DNA of 64,000 bases, taken from NCBI GenBank assembly GCA_951406725.2, contig OX597818.1:72788001-72852000 (forward strand), given 5' to 3'. Positions 24,230-38,975 of the stretch are shown here, in pieces. The stretch comes from Octopus vulgaris (lineage: Eukaryota). Each line of letters starts with the position of its first letter. The first letter of the stretch is position 1. Made by a program: the position numbers and the translations under genes. Below the pieces are notes generated by a model. The model was not told the origin of the DNA. It did not search any database and saw only the letters and a list, made by a program, of their open reading frames with translations.

Positions 24230-27200
24230 AAAGAGAGAGGAGGGCGGAGAGGAAGTAAATAGGAAACTAGAGCTTATCAAGAAAAAACTACGCAAATTCT
24301 TTAAAAGATTTGGACTATCTATTTCTCTTGAAAAGGAACAAACCTCTAATAACTTCTTAGACACAACCTGCAGCCTAGTCACAGGACTACATGAACCCTA
24401 CAGGAAACTCAACATGAACCTCAAATGCATAATCGCTTCTAGTTACCACCCAAACTTTATTAAGAGAAGCTTAGTACATAGCATTAGCAATAGAATATCA
24501 CGCCTTTCTTCCAACATAAATATCTTTAATAGACATAAAGAAATTTATAACTCCGCACTATGGAAAGAAGGATTTAAACAAAATTTAAATACCTTGGCCC
24601 AAATAGCAGAAACCCACTCACTAATACCATTAATACCAACCACACACCATGCATCACCACAAACTACGTCAACAATGAGAACACTATGGGTAATCTCAAT
24701 ATAAACCACACTGATATGAACAACGCCAAGGCCCGTACAGAAACAACTAATAACAACAAAAATAACCACAACAATAACACCGATGGAGTGACATTAAATA
24801 AGATTAATAATATTAACAAAACTAATAACACAAAGTACACAAATAAGATCCAAAAGATCATTACCTACAAAATTATTATTATACACCTACACATCGGTAT
24901 CAATAAAACTAAAGTGACCCAACGAACTAATATGAACTCTGTTAATAACAAGAAAGACAGGCCATATAACCAACATGAACCCTACGAAAATAACACCAAT
25001 AGGACAGACAAAATAACAGGAAAATAAAACCTAACTTTAGAAATAACCAAGATAGATACAACCATAACTTCACACGACTCATTAACAAATGAGCATAGCT
25101 TCTATACTAGAAAAAACAATACAAAAAATTAAACAAAATAATGATAATAATATCTGGCTCGTAATCCCCTACACAATGCATCTAAAATCAATCATACGAG
25201 GGGCGTTCAGTAAGTAATGCCCCTGACCCACTTCCCATAGCAGTAGAGCAACGAAACTTGGCGCAGTTATTAGTCTTTTTCTACATAGGAACCACCCAGA
25301 GTTACGCCTTTCTCTCTCCCATCGTTTGATGCAGCTCTGGAGACCGTTTTTGTAAAAGACCCCAGCTTGGTCCTCCAGCCACGACGTAACTTCAGAAATC
25401 AAGGCTGCATCATCTGGGAAACGCTTTCCTTTCAAAAACAATTTCATGGCTGGGAAGAGATGAAAATCAGAGATTGCAAAGTCAGGAGAGTAGGAGGATG
25501 GGGGAAGAGTTCATAGCCGCACGCCTGTGCTTCTGATCTGGCGACACGCGAGTTGTGGACCGGGGCGTTGTCCTGCAGGAGGATGCCTTTGCTGATCTTG
25601 CCCCGCGTCTTGATTTTGATAGCTTCTTTTAATTTTCTCAAAAGTGAAGCATAATAGGCTCCTGTAATTGTGGTACCCTTTGCCAGGAAATCTGTCATCA
25701 CTACTCCGTCCTGGTCCTAGAAGACTGTGAGCATGACCTTGCCAGTGGAGGGCTGCACACTTACCTTCTTTGGAGGAGGTGAGTCACGGTGCTTCCACTG
25801 CATTGACTGGGCTTTGGTCTCTGGATCATAGTGATGGACCCAGGTTTCATCCTGTGTAATCAGTCTTTTGAAAAAGTTTGACTCATCTTCTTGGCACATC
25901 TCCAAAGTTCATCCTCGAGCACTCGACTCGTTCTTGCTTCTGGAAAGGTGTGAGCAACCTGGGAATCCATCTGGCAGACACCTTTTGCATATGCAAATAG
26001 TCATGAATGATAGTCTCTACTGACCCGGTACTAATCTTGACCTCATGGACTATTTGGCGAATAGTTATGCGTCGATCTTCCAAAATGGCAGCCTCAACTT
26101 GACGGTCAGATACCTCATCAATGGCAGAAGGGGGGCGACCAGATCTGGGAGCTGTTTCCACAGAGTTCCGACCATGCTTGAATTCACGATGCCAGCATTT
26201 TACAAGGTCATATGATGGGGCATCATCACCATAAGTTACTTTCATTTCATCAAAAGTCTCCCGTGGTGTGCGTCCTTTCAAATACAAAAACCGGATCACT
26301 GTTCGACATTTAACAGGCTCCATTTCACACTTGACTGAGTTCAAACACCTGTACATCAGAAACTACAATTAGTTCAGAGCTGTAATTTGCCACTTAATTT
26401 ATAGAGATATCAGTAATTGCACATGCAAACTTTCAGCTAGATCAAAAAACTCACTCTTCGCTCATTAATGAAAATCATAGTCAAACATCTAAACGTTAAT
26501 AGGAAATATGCAGAATTATTTTGGAATGAGATTAGAACAGGCACAGCCTGACTATTAACTTAGCCACAATAATAGCCTCAATGAATAATAAAAAAAAGAC
26601 AAATTCTATGAAACTAGAAAGATTGTGAACAATAAAAATAATAACCAACCAATAGAACTAAGCCCACCACTAACACAGCGCCTCCTGCTAACTTAGATAT
26701 AGACATGAATAATAATAGCCCCACACAATACAACACAAACGCAGATATACCTAATTATTTATGGGGCTGCAGGGATAGAACAAAATGCTATGTCCCAAAT
26801 TGATGCAAGATAAATAACGTGGTTTACCAATGTGACGTGCACACAAATAGCCAGACGAAATCATACATAGGCGCCACCAAGAACCAAGTGATTCTTAGAT
26901 ATAACGCAGACCAATCGATCTTCAGAAAGAGGAGTAAGGCCAACTCAACAGAGTTCAGTACATATATTTGGGAACTTAAGGATAAGAAAATAGATTATAG
27001 ATTAATCTGGCGCATACTCGCAAAAACAATCTCATACAACACCGCCAATAGACGCTGCGATCTTTGTTTATCAGAACGCCTAGCTATACTTACAGCTAAA
27101 CAATACTTCCTAAATAGGAAATTTGAGAACAACAAATTTTGTCTTCTGGTGGTCTTTTATTTCTTTTCAAAATACTGGCAGAATAACATCTTTTGTCTTT

Positions 27201-27830
27201 AAGTAGGAAGCTACCTAATACACACATAAACAGTCATTCCGCAAACTCATTCCCCCTCCACATTCCATAATAATTTACTTTGCACCTTTTACATTGGGCT
27301 CCTTTTATCAAAAAGAACGTCCTAAACTCTAGACATAATATAATTTTTAGCCATAATACAATTTGAAACCATACTATCTAGTTTAATAAAACTGGTATGA
27401 GTTAGCTCCCTTTTCACCCTATGTTAGAGTTTCCCCTCTTCACTTACACAACCGGTGACTAAAAAGGTGCTTAGTCAAACTCGGAACCCCACACCAATAT
27501 AACATACACCTCGCTATAATTACCCGACAGAACAATAAATTAACTAATCTACTACAATGAAACTTATCCCCAGCGAAATAAGCAGCTCAAGAAAAAAATT
27601 TAATGTAAGACTTACTAACTTTGCCTCCATTATCATCACATATGTATCAATTATTTTCTTATTCTGACCGATGTACCAATCTATTTTTCGCATTCTGAAG
27701 AGACTTACTGAAACTAGTGAATTGAAAGGATCGTAAACGCTACCTTCTTCTTTGTTATCTGATTAAATTAAAAGCATAACAGTGAAAACGACGAGTTTCC
27801 CCTTGTTACTTACATATATTTTCTTCTCAT
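24230..27830 (+). mobile_element. Penelope-like element (RT thumb, GIY-YIG, 3' UTR) interrupted by a mariner
   Basis: FLDTTCSL...PYRK...SSYHPNFIKRSL...ISNRISRLSS at ~24350-24600; VYQCDV...SYIGATK...STEFSTYIWELK...CDLCLSE at 26819-27202; degenerate HHR CTGAAGA...GAAACTAGTG at 27695-27719. Confidence 0.9.
25197..26444 (-). mobile_element. Mariner DNA transposon, frameshifted transposase, one TIR retained
   Basis: ORFs 25883-26356 (HTH, RSGRP, ARWIPRLL), 25717-25905 (ITQDETWVHHY), 25444-25701 (LQDNAPVH); TA followed by CGAGGGGCGTTCAGTAAGTAATG at 25195; no matching TIR found at the right end. Confidence 0.95.
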
Positions 27831-27849
27831 ATATATATAAATATGTATG

Positions 27850-27909
<60 letters not shown>

Positions 27910-28102
27910 TACAGAGGGAGAGTTTACGAAAAAAACAAAAGACGAAGACAGGTGGTGTACAAAACTATCATATGTATTAGTATAACGCTCAGGAATTAGA
28001 AAAAGTCTTTTACGTTTCGAGCCTACGCTCTTCTACAGAAAAGGACACAGAAAAATTAAGGAGAGAAAAAATGTGTATAGTGGCTAACGATCCATCATGG
28101 CG
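27910..28102 (-). mobile_element. PLE 3'-end fragment, GAAGAGCGTAGGCTCGAAACGT family
   Basis: Matches 13555 and 38787 copies; abuts (TA)n. Confidence 0.75.
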
Positions 28103-28247
28103 ACTGTTATACTTATTTATTTATATAGTTATATATATATATATATATAATATATATATATATATATGTGTATATGTATATATATATATATATAATATAT
28201 ATATATATATATACATATATATATGTATATATAAATAAATATCTATG

Positions 28248-28319
<72 letters not shown>

Positions 28320-28329
28320 TATATATATG

Positions 28330-28402
<73 letters not shown>

Positions 28403-28403
<1 letters not shown>

Positions 28404-28715
28404 GCGTGGCTTAGTGGTTAGGTTATTCGGCTTACAATCTTTATGTCATGAGTTCGATGAACGGCCACGCATTGTGTCCCTTGAGCAAGACACTTTACGT
28501 CATGTTGCTCCTGTCCGGTCAGCTGGAAAAATGTGAATAGTACTTGCATTTCAAAGGATAATGTTTTGTCATCTTTGTATCACGCTGAATCTCCCTGGGA
28601 ACTACGTTAATCTTACGAGTGTCTGTGTATTGGAGAACATTGCTCGTTAATTTCACCTTAATTCAACAGGGTATTCCGTCGATAGGATTTACTGAGACAC
28701 TCATCGTCGTAAACG
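28403..28715 (+). mobile_element. tRNA-derived SINE, second family
   Basis: A-box TGGCTTAGTGG, B-box GAGTTCGATG, then GTGTCCCTTGAGCAAGACACTT. Confidence 0.7.
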
Positions 28716-29617
28716 ACAGTTTGCTGTGCCTGTTATATACTTATATATATTGTTATATTTCGGGGCGGTATTTCTTTCTTTTTTTCCTTCAGATAAAAAA
28801 ACGCACTATATATTCATTCTTCACTCGTTTATTACAGTTCTTATTTTATCTCATAATTGTTGTCCGAAATCCATCGTTACGCAACTGTAACATCTTTAGC
28901 GAGCCATTCAGTCCACGTGTGTCCTCCTACTCTACGCACTCGATATATATGATACTTTTGTCAGTATAGTGGACTCTGGCTATGTTGGGAAACCACTTAA
29001 ACGGTTGTAGTCGAAAAGAAACAATAATAGTTTGATATTGTCTTCTGATGAAACGCTCTGTTCTGGGAAATTAAACATTATCCGGCACTGCATGTGAAGC
29101 GCTGTTGGGGGAGGGAAATACATAGCCACACACACACACACACACACACACAAATATACACACACACATTCAGACATGCCCATTTCCCAAAACGATGAAA
29201 CCTTTCACGTGACAGAATAAAGAACTCAAGACGACAGAAACTGTAACAAAATCCCTTTATTTCCCTTCTTTTTTCTCTTTTAACTCAGTATGACCGTACT
29301 TTTGAGGATCCACATGTTTTATACTCTTCGCCGCTCATTTTTGATATTATAGAATTTTGTGAAGATTTAATCATTTAAACATGTTTTCTACTTAAATTTT
29401 TAAATTTTTAAAATCCCATAGGTTTATACCATAGATAATAAAAAAAAGAATAACAGAAAATATTTTGGAATAAATAAATTTATTTTAAAACAATTACAAA
29501 TTTTTCAAATTTAGGTGCATTTTCAATAACAAATTCTATATATATATCCGTGTGTGTGTATAGATGCATATGGTATGTACATGTATATATGTATGTATGT
29601 ATATATATATTTGTATA

Positions 29618-30305
29618 GTAATAAATGGAGTTGAACGCAGGTGTTATTCATGATTTTACTTTCGACATATGTTTTAAGTATTTAAAATAAAAACCGTTAG
29701 TAGATCCGACGTCAAATGCAAACCCTAGAAAGAGAAGGGGTAAAGAAATAATAAGTAGAGAACAAATAAAGAGGGATATATTGGTTGAAAAAATGTTCAA
29801 AGGCTTGGAAGTAGATTTCAAGCCTTTGAACATTTTTCAACCAATATATCCCTCTTTATTTGTTCTCTACTTATTATTTCTTTACCCCTTCTCTTTCTAG
29901 GGTTTGCATTTGACGTCGGATCTACTAACGTTTTTTTTTTTTAAATACATAATAGCGTTCTGTTTATCATTTATGCAGTCATCAAAATTGTTATAATGTC
30001 TTGTTGTTGAGATAGGTTCTCTTTCTTTACTGATGAGAAGATTACATTATTTTACACCGTTTATTCCTTTAGAATACAACCAATGTTGTCTTAGAAACAT
30101 ATGTCGAAGGTAAAAGAATTTGAATAACACATGCGTTCAACTGCATTTATTTACTTATACTATACAAATAACTGCATATTAACCCAGAGTTTCTACCTCT
30201 GAATAGGTCACTACATCCTTGCTACTCGCGTGAATTTTCCTACCCTTGTAACTGTTTATTGAATTTTCCATGTTAACGATAAACAAAAGGATAATTCATT
30301 CATCC

Positions 30306-30310
<5 letters not shown>
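29618..30310 (+). mobile_element. PLE-type fold-back element with HHR and tail, in TA-rich repeats
   Basis: ~29680-29807 is the reverse complement of ~29819-29948, and ~29618-29678 of ~30090-30150. Confidence 0.8.
30020..30116 (+). ncRNA. Type I hammerhead motif
   Basis: CTTTCTTTA-CTGATGA(30030-30036)-GAAGAT...GTCTTA-GAAAC-ATAT-GTC(30103-30105)-GAAGGTAAAAG. Confidence 0.65.
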
Positions 30311-30351
<41 letters not shown>

Positions 30352-30429
30352 CGTCCACTCGTGACCGAAGAACATCATATGTATATACATACATACGCAC
30401 ATACATATATACATAAATTCAAATTCATG

Positions 30430-30480
<51 letters not shown>

Positions 30481-30485
<5 letters not shown>

Positions 30486-30867
30486 CAACAATTGAGGTAA
30501 AATTAATTAATTATTAAATTCTACAAGTGTTCAGTATGCAAAGGGACCATTTAAGGCGTATTCAAATTATTACAATATATAAAGGGCTTAGTAAAATAAA
30601 TTATTTCATACTGAACTCATTAGAAATAGCATAAAAAACTTTTAAAACCATTCTAATACTTAAGAAAATCTCTCGTATAGTGTTTTCACTCACTCACGAA
30701 TGGGGTAAAGACATAAAAAATCAAATGCAAGGTTATTTGAGAACGCTCAAATAACCTTTGCATTTGATTTTTTTGTTACAAACTTTCGTGAGTTGACCAT
30801 CGAGAATTTTCAGCTGCTATTTCTAATGAGTTCGTATGCGGCAAAGTAATTATTTTACTAACCCTTT

Positions 30868-30875
<8 letters not shown>
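30481..30875. mobile_element. AT-rich repeat with nested inverted repeats between (TA)n; relative at ~22350-22615
   Basis: ~30575-30630 versus ~30815-30875 inverted; hairpin ~30715-30775. Confidence 0.55.
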
Positions 30876-30938
<63 letters not shown>

Positions 30939-30939
30939 A

Positions 30940-31220
30940 TAGTTATCGCCATACTAATATGGCATTCTTATAAAAATAAGAAAAAAGCTGTCCGCTTATT
31001 AGCTCCATGAGGCCATCGCCTTAAGTTAGCTATTTGATACACAAACTGTATCCATATAACCTTCGAACAGGAGGTCAGTCGCTCCAACTACTTGACCGGC
31101 AGCTATATTGCCCTTTTCAATGCAGCGTAGCCAAGGTGTCGCTTCCGACAATCTTTGTTCGAATTACCATGAATACATCCACTTGTATTAAATATTAAAA
31201 TAACTAAGTCTCTCTAAAAG

Positions 31221-31222
<2 letters not shown>
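30940..31222. mobile_element. (TA)n-flanked repeat, family of 3946-4095
   Basis: First ~70 bp near-identical to 3946-4016. Confidence 0.65.
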
Positions 31223-31314
<92 letters not shown>

Positions 31315-31963
31315 AACGTACAGTTTACAAATTGCAGGTCACTGGCTTCTCCCATGCCATATTATAATATCAATATAACAGACTTCAAATATAATACAAT
31401 AGGAAATGCAAGTAAGTCTATCATTTACTTCAGTGCTTCCTCTTGAAGTATATGTTAATGTAGTTGCAGCCTTCATAAAGGTTGTTTATCTTTTCTCTTC
31501 ATGTTAATCAATTTCTTAAGTGACTCATTAAAATCTGTACACTTTACATTAATGAAAATAGTCGTAAATATCTTTTGGTGCATAATTATCATGTTGAAAT
31601 ACACTTCATTACCAATACTTATCACAGGAAAAGTATTGTTAGTGAAGGAAAAGGCGACGAGAATGACGTTGAATCGTTTGACGTCCTGTATATCTGTCCT
31701 TTAATGGAAAATGCAATAATATATAATTTAATCACCATTTGCACATACATTCTCGCACAAATATACTGAAATGTCGACTATATTATATCATATATATATA
31801 TATTTATATACATATATACACAACACATATACATATGTGAATATAAATACACGCATATAAATGTTTATGCTTATGTATATACACCTATACGCATCCAGCA
31901 ATATACGTGTATGCAAGTATGTATGCGTGTATATCATACAAACATATATACACACACGTGTGA

Positions 31964-32017
<54 letters not shown>

Positions 32018-32044
32018 ATATATGCATAAATGCATACATACATG

Positions 32045-32112
<68 letters not shown>

Positions 32113-33636
32113 ATATATATAATCGTACTTTTGTGTGTTTTAGTGTGTATAGTTATATATAAGTGTATATGCATAGTAATACATAAGTACATACATACAC
32201 ACAGAAGAACCCAAACACATATATATGCCTATACTAAATTTCCACTTGTATACACACTTTCAAAGAGTAATCTAATATAGTGATACTCTTCCAAAGAATC
32301 AACTGATTCGCTGCCAACATTAAAATTTTTCATATCCCACAAAAATCTATGTTTGAATTCATGATAGCCATGTTGGAAATGAATTCATGAAAATGAATAA
32401 AATATACAAATAATCAATAATAGTAATAATAAAAAATGATAATAATGATTAGTGGCACAAAATAATAAATAAGCATTTACTATAGCAATACTCTTATATA
32501 TTTCTCCGTCATGATATATGAAAGAGAAAGGAAGGGGTGATAGATGAATAAGGAATGAAGGTATGATGGCAAACTGGTAGTGGGATGATGGAAGTTCTAT
32601 GGTGAAAATAGAAATCAAACAGCGTATCAACTCTGCGTGAGTATATGTGTGTGTATGTAAACGGAAGTCAAGTGAATGTTTGTGTGTATGTGTTTGTATA
32701 TGTGTGTGTGCGTGCGTGTGTGTGCAATGGAAGTGGGATGGTGAACATTCAAAGCTGAAAAGAAAAATCAAACAGCGTTTCAACTCTGTATGAATATAAT
32801 TGTTTATGTGTGTGCGCGTACAAGGGATGTACGTGAACGTTTATATGTGTGAACCAGCGTTTTTTCAGTAATAAATGGTGATGGATGTCACATTTCAAAA
32901 GACAACCACGAGATAACACTGAGAAGTGTATTAATTTGAATTGCCAGCCATATTCTATTTTTTATCCTTATTTATATAGAAATTACTACAACTAGTCGTA
33001 GTTTTTGACGGTACGGGGCCAGCTAGTAAATAATTTTAGTTAGCAAAATAACAACGTAGAATTATAATGGTGTAGAGGCAAAGTTTCCACGACTTTTTTA
33101 TAGTGATTCTTGGTGCATGTAAGTATAATAGCGATTGTGACTTATTAGTCAGAGTTGTCATTTCAGTTTCATTTCAAGTATCGAATCGTACCGTCAGCTT
33201 CTGTCAGCTGTAGCTTATGTGTTCAGCAAGTTTGCTGTTTGCAAATTTTGATAACTTTTAGCTACACAGTTTGTCACATGAAGCCTAGCGAAGTGCACAT
33301 TCTGTTTCTAAAATGCATTACACAGGGGGAGAAATATGGGAATTATCAACATGTATGAACAACGCAAGAGCCTTCCTTTATTTGGACACTCTAGTGTGTG
33401 AACAATTATTAGATTGCACATATAAAGCAATAGGTTGAAAAAATATTTAAACGCGAGAGTTAAGCAATGCTGCACGTCTCTATTGAAAGCACATAATCAC
33501 AACATAAAAATTTCTATTTACCGTGTATGTATGAATCTATATGTATGTATGCATGTATACATATACAAATATACATACATGCATACACACACACACATAT
33601 ATATGTATATGTATATGTATATGTATATATATATAT

Positions 33637-33682
<46 letters not shown>

Positions 33683-33752
33683 AGTAAAACAAGAATGAGA
33701 CCTCGATATTAGATAAATAAAGGATATTTAGAATGAATATTTAAAAGTTGTT

Positions 33753-33818
33753 ATTATAGTACTCGGACTTTCGAATGTTGGAGCGAAGAGCTACGATGCA
33801 GTCTCCTCGGCTGTTAAT
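33753..33818 (-). ncRNA. Degenerate type I hammerhead
   Basis: Minus strand ATTAACAG-CCGAGGA-GACTG...CATTC-GAAAG-TCCGA-GTA-CTATAAT. Confidence 0.5.
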
Positions 33819-34670
33819 GGCAACAGACGCTATGAAAATCCATTGAATGAAACGGACGTTACTCCAAAAGGTAGAAAAAGAGAAAAGGGAAAGATAATAA
33901 ATACATGCAACCGAGTTCTCACAATACATAGACATAAGCCTCCTCCATTCACAACTTCTACATACGTACACTCTCACACAAATATGTATGCGTTCATGCA
34001 CATACATACAAACACACAAACATATATGTTTATGTACACATATCCACATACATACACACATATCCACCCACACATGCAACCTCATCCTCATATACACTGC
34101 TGATAAACACAACCAAATTTCGTAAGTCATTTAACACTTTTCAACAGAAACAGAAAAAAGACATCAAAAGCATAAAAAATTCCAGAAAAGCGGAACTTTT
34201 TCTGATAAAACCAAGAACGTATACTTTGTTGATAACAGCACATACTCACAACTCTTACATAACAATGTTATTAGTAATTACCCTAAAGTAATTACCCTAA
34301 AACGATATTAATAAAGAAGCTAGTATCATCGCCGCCAGGTTTAAATTAGACAAAAAAACAACAACCAGAAATCCTTCCACAAAAAGAGGCCGTTATAACT
34401 ATTAAGGACCATAAAATACCTTCATATCTAATCCTAAATGCAGACTAAATAAACCTGCAAAATCAGAAATCGGTATAATTAATAAAGAAATTTTAAAAGT
34501 TAATGCTAAAGTTAGAGGGGCAGCTAGTTAAGTGCAATTGTCCAATAGTATAGAAGTTGTTAACCGTATCTGGTGGATAAAGGCCATTTTCCTGCACACT
34601 TCCCCTTCATTTATACGGATATGCATATATTTGTATATGTGCGAGTGTAGGTGTGTGTTAGGAAGGTGTG

Positions 34671-34757
<87 letters not shown>

Positions 34758-34768
34758 TATATCACCCC

Positions 34769-34825
<57 letters not shown>

Positions 34826-36584
34826 AATTTGACATGGGCGATTCTATCTTGTCTTGGGATTCACGGTAACACAGGTCGGGTGAAATTGCGCGAAAAATTA
34901 CACAGATGTGTAGAATGCTCCGGTGGTGATGCTGGGCTTTGTTTTTTTTCATACCTCTCCTGCTTACCGAGATAATCTACTATAATAATACTCTGTGTTT
35001 ATGAATGAGAAAGGAAGGGGTGATGTCATATTTTTCATAGCTCCTATTGTTACTGAGATAATCTACTGTAATAATACTCTTGTGTTTATGAATGAGAAAG
35101 GAATGGGTGATAGATGAATAAGGAAGGAAGGTGTGATGTAGTGGGATGATGAAAATTGTACGCTGAAAAACAAATCAAACAGCGTTTCATGTGTGAATAT
35201 ATGTGTAGGGATATGTGAATGTTTTTGTGTGCACGTGTGTGTGTTTGTGTGCGTGTATGCGAGTGCGCGCGCAGTGGAAGTGAGATGGTTCATCTTTGTT
35301 CGTTTAGTATTTGGGTTATATATTTTGATTTGGTTGAACCTTCATCGAATTTTTTTTGTTGGCCAGTTATGTATTTGTGTGTGTGTATGTGCACGGACGT
35401 ATTCATGCAAGTGCGCACGTATGTAGACGTTGTGAACGCAGGTGGTTTATGTATATGTATTGTGAGAATATGGTTGCATGTATTTTTCATTTTTTTCTTT
35501 TTTTTCTGTTTCTACCTATTAGAATAACTTCCCTTTTATTCAACGGATTTTCATAGCGTCTGTTGCTGATGATATTCGAACGGTTGGTCAATTTAACTGG
35601 CACTAAGTCACCTATGTGGAATGTTCGAGTGAACATAAAATGGTTGTATGATCGAAAACGTCGGCAGGTCACCACTTGTTAGCATAACAAGTCATAACAT
35701 AATATAATATTATATAAGCCATAATACATGTTTATAAACAGTGCCAAAGTGTATGAAATAAGGACTCCAAAAACCGTTATACTTTTATAAAGAGAAGATA
35801 GATTTTATTCGCAGTGTACAAAGTGATTTGTTATTATTAGCGTAGTGTTGTGTCATGAATGCATGCTTATAATATTTGTGTCTGTGTGTTCGTGTGTGCG
35901 ACAGAAGTACAGTAATAAGGTGTATGCAAATACAACAGAGCATGAGAGAAGTCTCAACATTTTGAGTTAAAATGAAGTTAGTTTACCAGTTAATGAGTTC
36001 TATACAAGATTTGAGTCTCGGAGCTGAGATTAGTTGAGTTACTTGTGCATATTTTTCTCTTGATATAGATATTCTTTCAGATATATATACTGCAACTGTT
36101 TTGCCGTGGTGAGATTTTCACACTAACAGCATGTGTTGAATCTGTATTTATCTTGTGTACAAGTTGAAATCTTCGTAGATGGAGACGATGTTGGTGATGA
36201 TGTTATGTCTGTCGCTGGTTTACAATAGCGTCTTCATATTATGGTTGGCTTGGCTGTCGTCTGCCTTTCGAAATGGAACATGGTTGAGTAAGCTCTGTGT
36301 GGTCTCCGACCAAGACCTTAAAAGGTCTTAAGCCGAAAGACGTTGAATCGGGATATGATCAGCCTATTTAAAGAGTTAAGATGGCTCAAGTGAAAAGTCC
36401 TATCCAAAAGCCGTGATTGGTCAGAAATAAGTAGAGACAGACCGCGCTTAGATGCTAACCAATCAGATCAGGTGACACAAAAAGGTTAAACTAGCCATAG
36501 ATGTTTGTAATCTCAAACGAGATCATTCTTAATATTTTTCTCAAACAGTAAAGATAGCAATGAAGAAAACAATATTGCTACACT

Positions 36585-36650
36585 ATTAATTGCTGACGAG
36601 AATGCATTGTAGCTTTTCTCTCCGACATTCGAATCTCCGAGTACTATAAC
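36585..36650 (+). ncRNA. Degenerate type I hammerhead
   Basis: ATTAATTG-CTGACGA-GAATG...CATTC-GAATC-TCCGA-GTA-CTATAAC; consensus with the 33753 copy restores a canonical HHR. Confidence 0.55.
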
Positions 36651-36678
36651 CTTTCACTGTTTATTCTAAATTATAACA

Positions 36679-36756
<78 letters not shown>

Positions 36757-37997
36757 TATATACATATACGCATTTATACATATGTCTATGTACTTACACC
36801 CATACTTATGTATATATATATATACATACATATATAAAGATATATATATATATAATATATATACATATATATATAAATTCTCACATACGGACAAAGGACA
36901 TTTAATAAATGCTCGTGCATGCTACGGAATAATATTCAATTCTGGTTTCCACTTTCAGATTTTGTGCACATGAAATATGTTCGTTGACGTGACACGTTTT
37001 CCGTATATATTTATTTAAAATCAAATGTACGCGCTCACGCCCGTGCGTGCACACACACACACACACACACATACACACACACACATACACACACACACAT
37101 ACACACACACACATACACACACGCAAAAAAAACCACATACACATATGCACTCACATAAGCAAAATTCCTATCTATATTAGCAACACAGCATTGATTAATG
37201 ATGCGCAGCAAATACCACGAGAGAATATATTTAAAAAGGAATAAGGAAGCGTGATTGAAATATTTTGTATAATGCTTCTCCTTCCTATACGTTTACATGG
37301 TTCTTTACTGAGACACATAAGAACTTAACTGATAAATTCCTCACCAAGATGAATTCAAAATTATCCATGTATCTATTACATACTATTAGTGCTTCAGTTG
37401 TTTGGTATAATTTGAAAAACCGTTTATTTCTGTTTGGATGGATATTTATACACCACATAAAAAAATCTGCGAGCGGATGTTCACACACACACTTGCTTAC
37501 ACCCAAGATAACTTGAAACACACATGTATATCTACGAATAAAATTATTCATATATCTATGTTTGTCTATGCAGAGACAGATATGATTTTGAGTGTCCTTA
37601 CCTATGCATCATAATGAGTAGATTTGTCTGCTATCTGAATATCTTTTTGTCTTTGATTATCGATCTTATTTTCAATACGCATATATGTCAGCCCCACTCC
37701 ATTTAACGCTGAATGACCGGTTAAGTTTAATTTGCATATTCTGCGCAATATATTCTCGATCACATACACTGACTCCGTTGGACAATCTAACACACATACA
37801 AACAGGCATATACATTCGTGTACTTATATACTAACACAAACACGACTTACGGTGTGGGTGTATAAATATACACGCATATCTAAAGATATACATGTATATG
37901 CATAGTTCTGTCTATCTAATGCACACACACACACATATACATGCACGCACATATATTCGTGTGTGTGTGTGTGTGTGTTTATAATATATAAAAGATG

Positions 37998-38154
37998 CCG
38001 GTGTGGGTATGCTGTACGAAGCTTTCTTTCCAGTCACATGGTTCCGGATTCAGTCCTACTGCATGGTAACTTGGGTGAGTGTCTTCCACTATAGACTCGA
38101 GCAGACGAAAGACTTGTGAGTGGATTTTGCAAACAGAAAATGAAAGGAGCCGGT

Positions 38155-38155
<1 letters not shown>
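37998..38155 (+). mobile_element. SINE 5' half, diverged
   Basis: CACATGGTTCCGGATTCAGTCCTACTGCATGG...GTGAGTGGATTT. Confidence 0.75.
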
Positions 38156-38213
<58 letters not shown>

Positions 38214-38786
38214 CTGCTGTCTTTCTGGCCTGACCCTCTCAAGGTATGGGCGACAATTCTTTTTGCTCCGCTCGTCGTTCATAAAAAAATCCGCGTTCGC
38301 AATAGTTCTTTTCGTTCGGCGTTAACAGCCCTCCTTATCTTGTTTTTCCTTGTCCTGTCTTTTACTGTTTATGATTTTGTACTGTCGTTACTGTCCTGTT
38401 TCTGTTACCATTTTTTACCCCTCTACGAAAAGATCTCAGAATTTTAATTGATTTGCTTTTCGCAGGAAGGAAAGTTCCTTGTCGAAGATACGTCTCGCTT
38501 TCACCTTCGAAACGTAGAATAGATGAAACCATAGCGACTGAAGAAGGGTTTTTTTCTTTGTGTTAATTGTCCTGTACTGTATTTTTTTCTTTTTTTTTTT
38601 GTTTAAAAAATGTCCAGTTCCTTTGGTTTGTGTCTATGTTTTCGTTTCTCATTGTGTTCGACGTCTTTTTGGTGTCCTGTACTCATATATGCGTGTATAT
38701 GTACATGTAGAGGTCGGTACGTACATATATGTTTATATATATGCATATGTTTTATTTTATTTATTAATATATATATATATATATAT

Positions 38787-38975
38787 AGGGAGAGTTTACG
38801 AAAAAAACAAAAGACGAAGACAGGTGGTGTACAAAATAAACAGATGTATTAGTATAAGGCTCAGAAATAGAAAAAGTCTTTTACGTTTCGAGCCTACGCT
38901 CTTCTACAGAAAGGGACACAGAAAAAAACAAGGAGAGAAACAAGGAAAGAAAAAGATGTGTGTAGTGGCTAACAA
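38787..38975 (-). mobile_element. PLE 3'-end fragment, GAAGAGCGTAGGCTCGAAACGT family
   Basis: Matches the 27910 copy; starts at (TA)n-GGGAGAGTTTACG. Confidence 0.75.

Larger units (their letters stand above)
33720..36680. mobile_element. Composite PLE region with long inverted repeats and an RT N-terminal remnant
   Basis: ~33820-34110 inverted at ~35330-35567 and ~33720-33818 inverted at ~36585-36670; ~34400-34575 reads KDHK...SNPKCRLNKPAKSEIGIINKEIL across a frameshift (PLE RT start). Confidence 0.7.

Noticed and set aside
33000-33320. Mariner-like 5' remnant (and a TIR-like end near 52610-52640)
   Set aside because: Resemblance too weak; no transposase motif or paired TIR.
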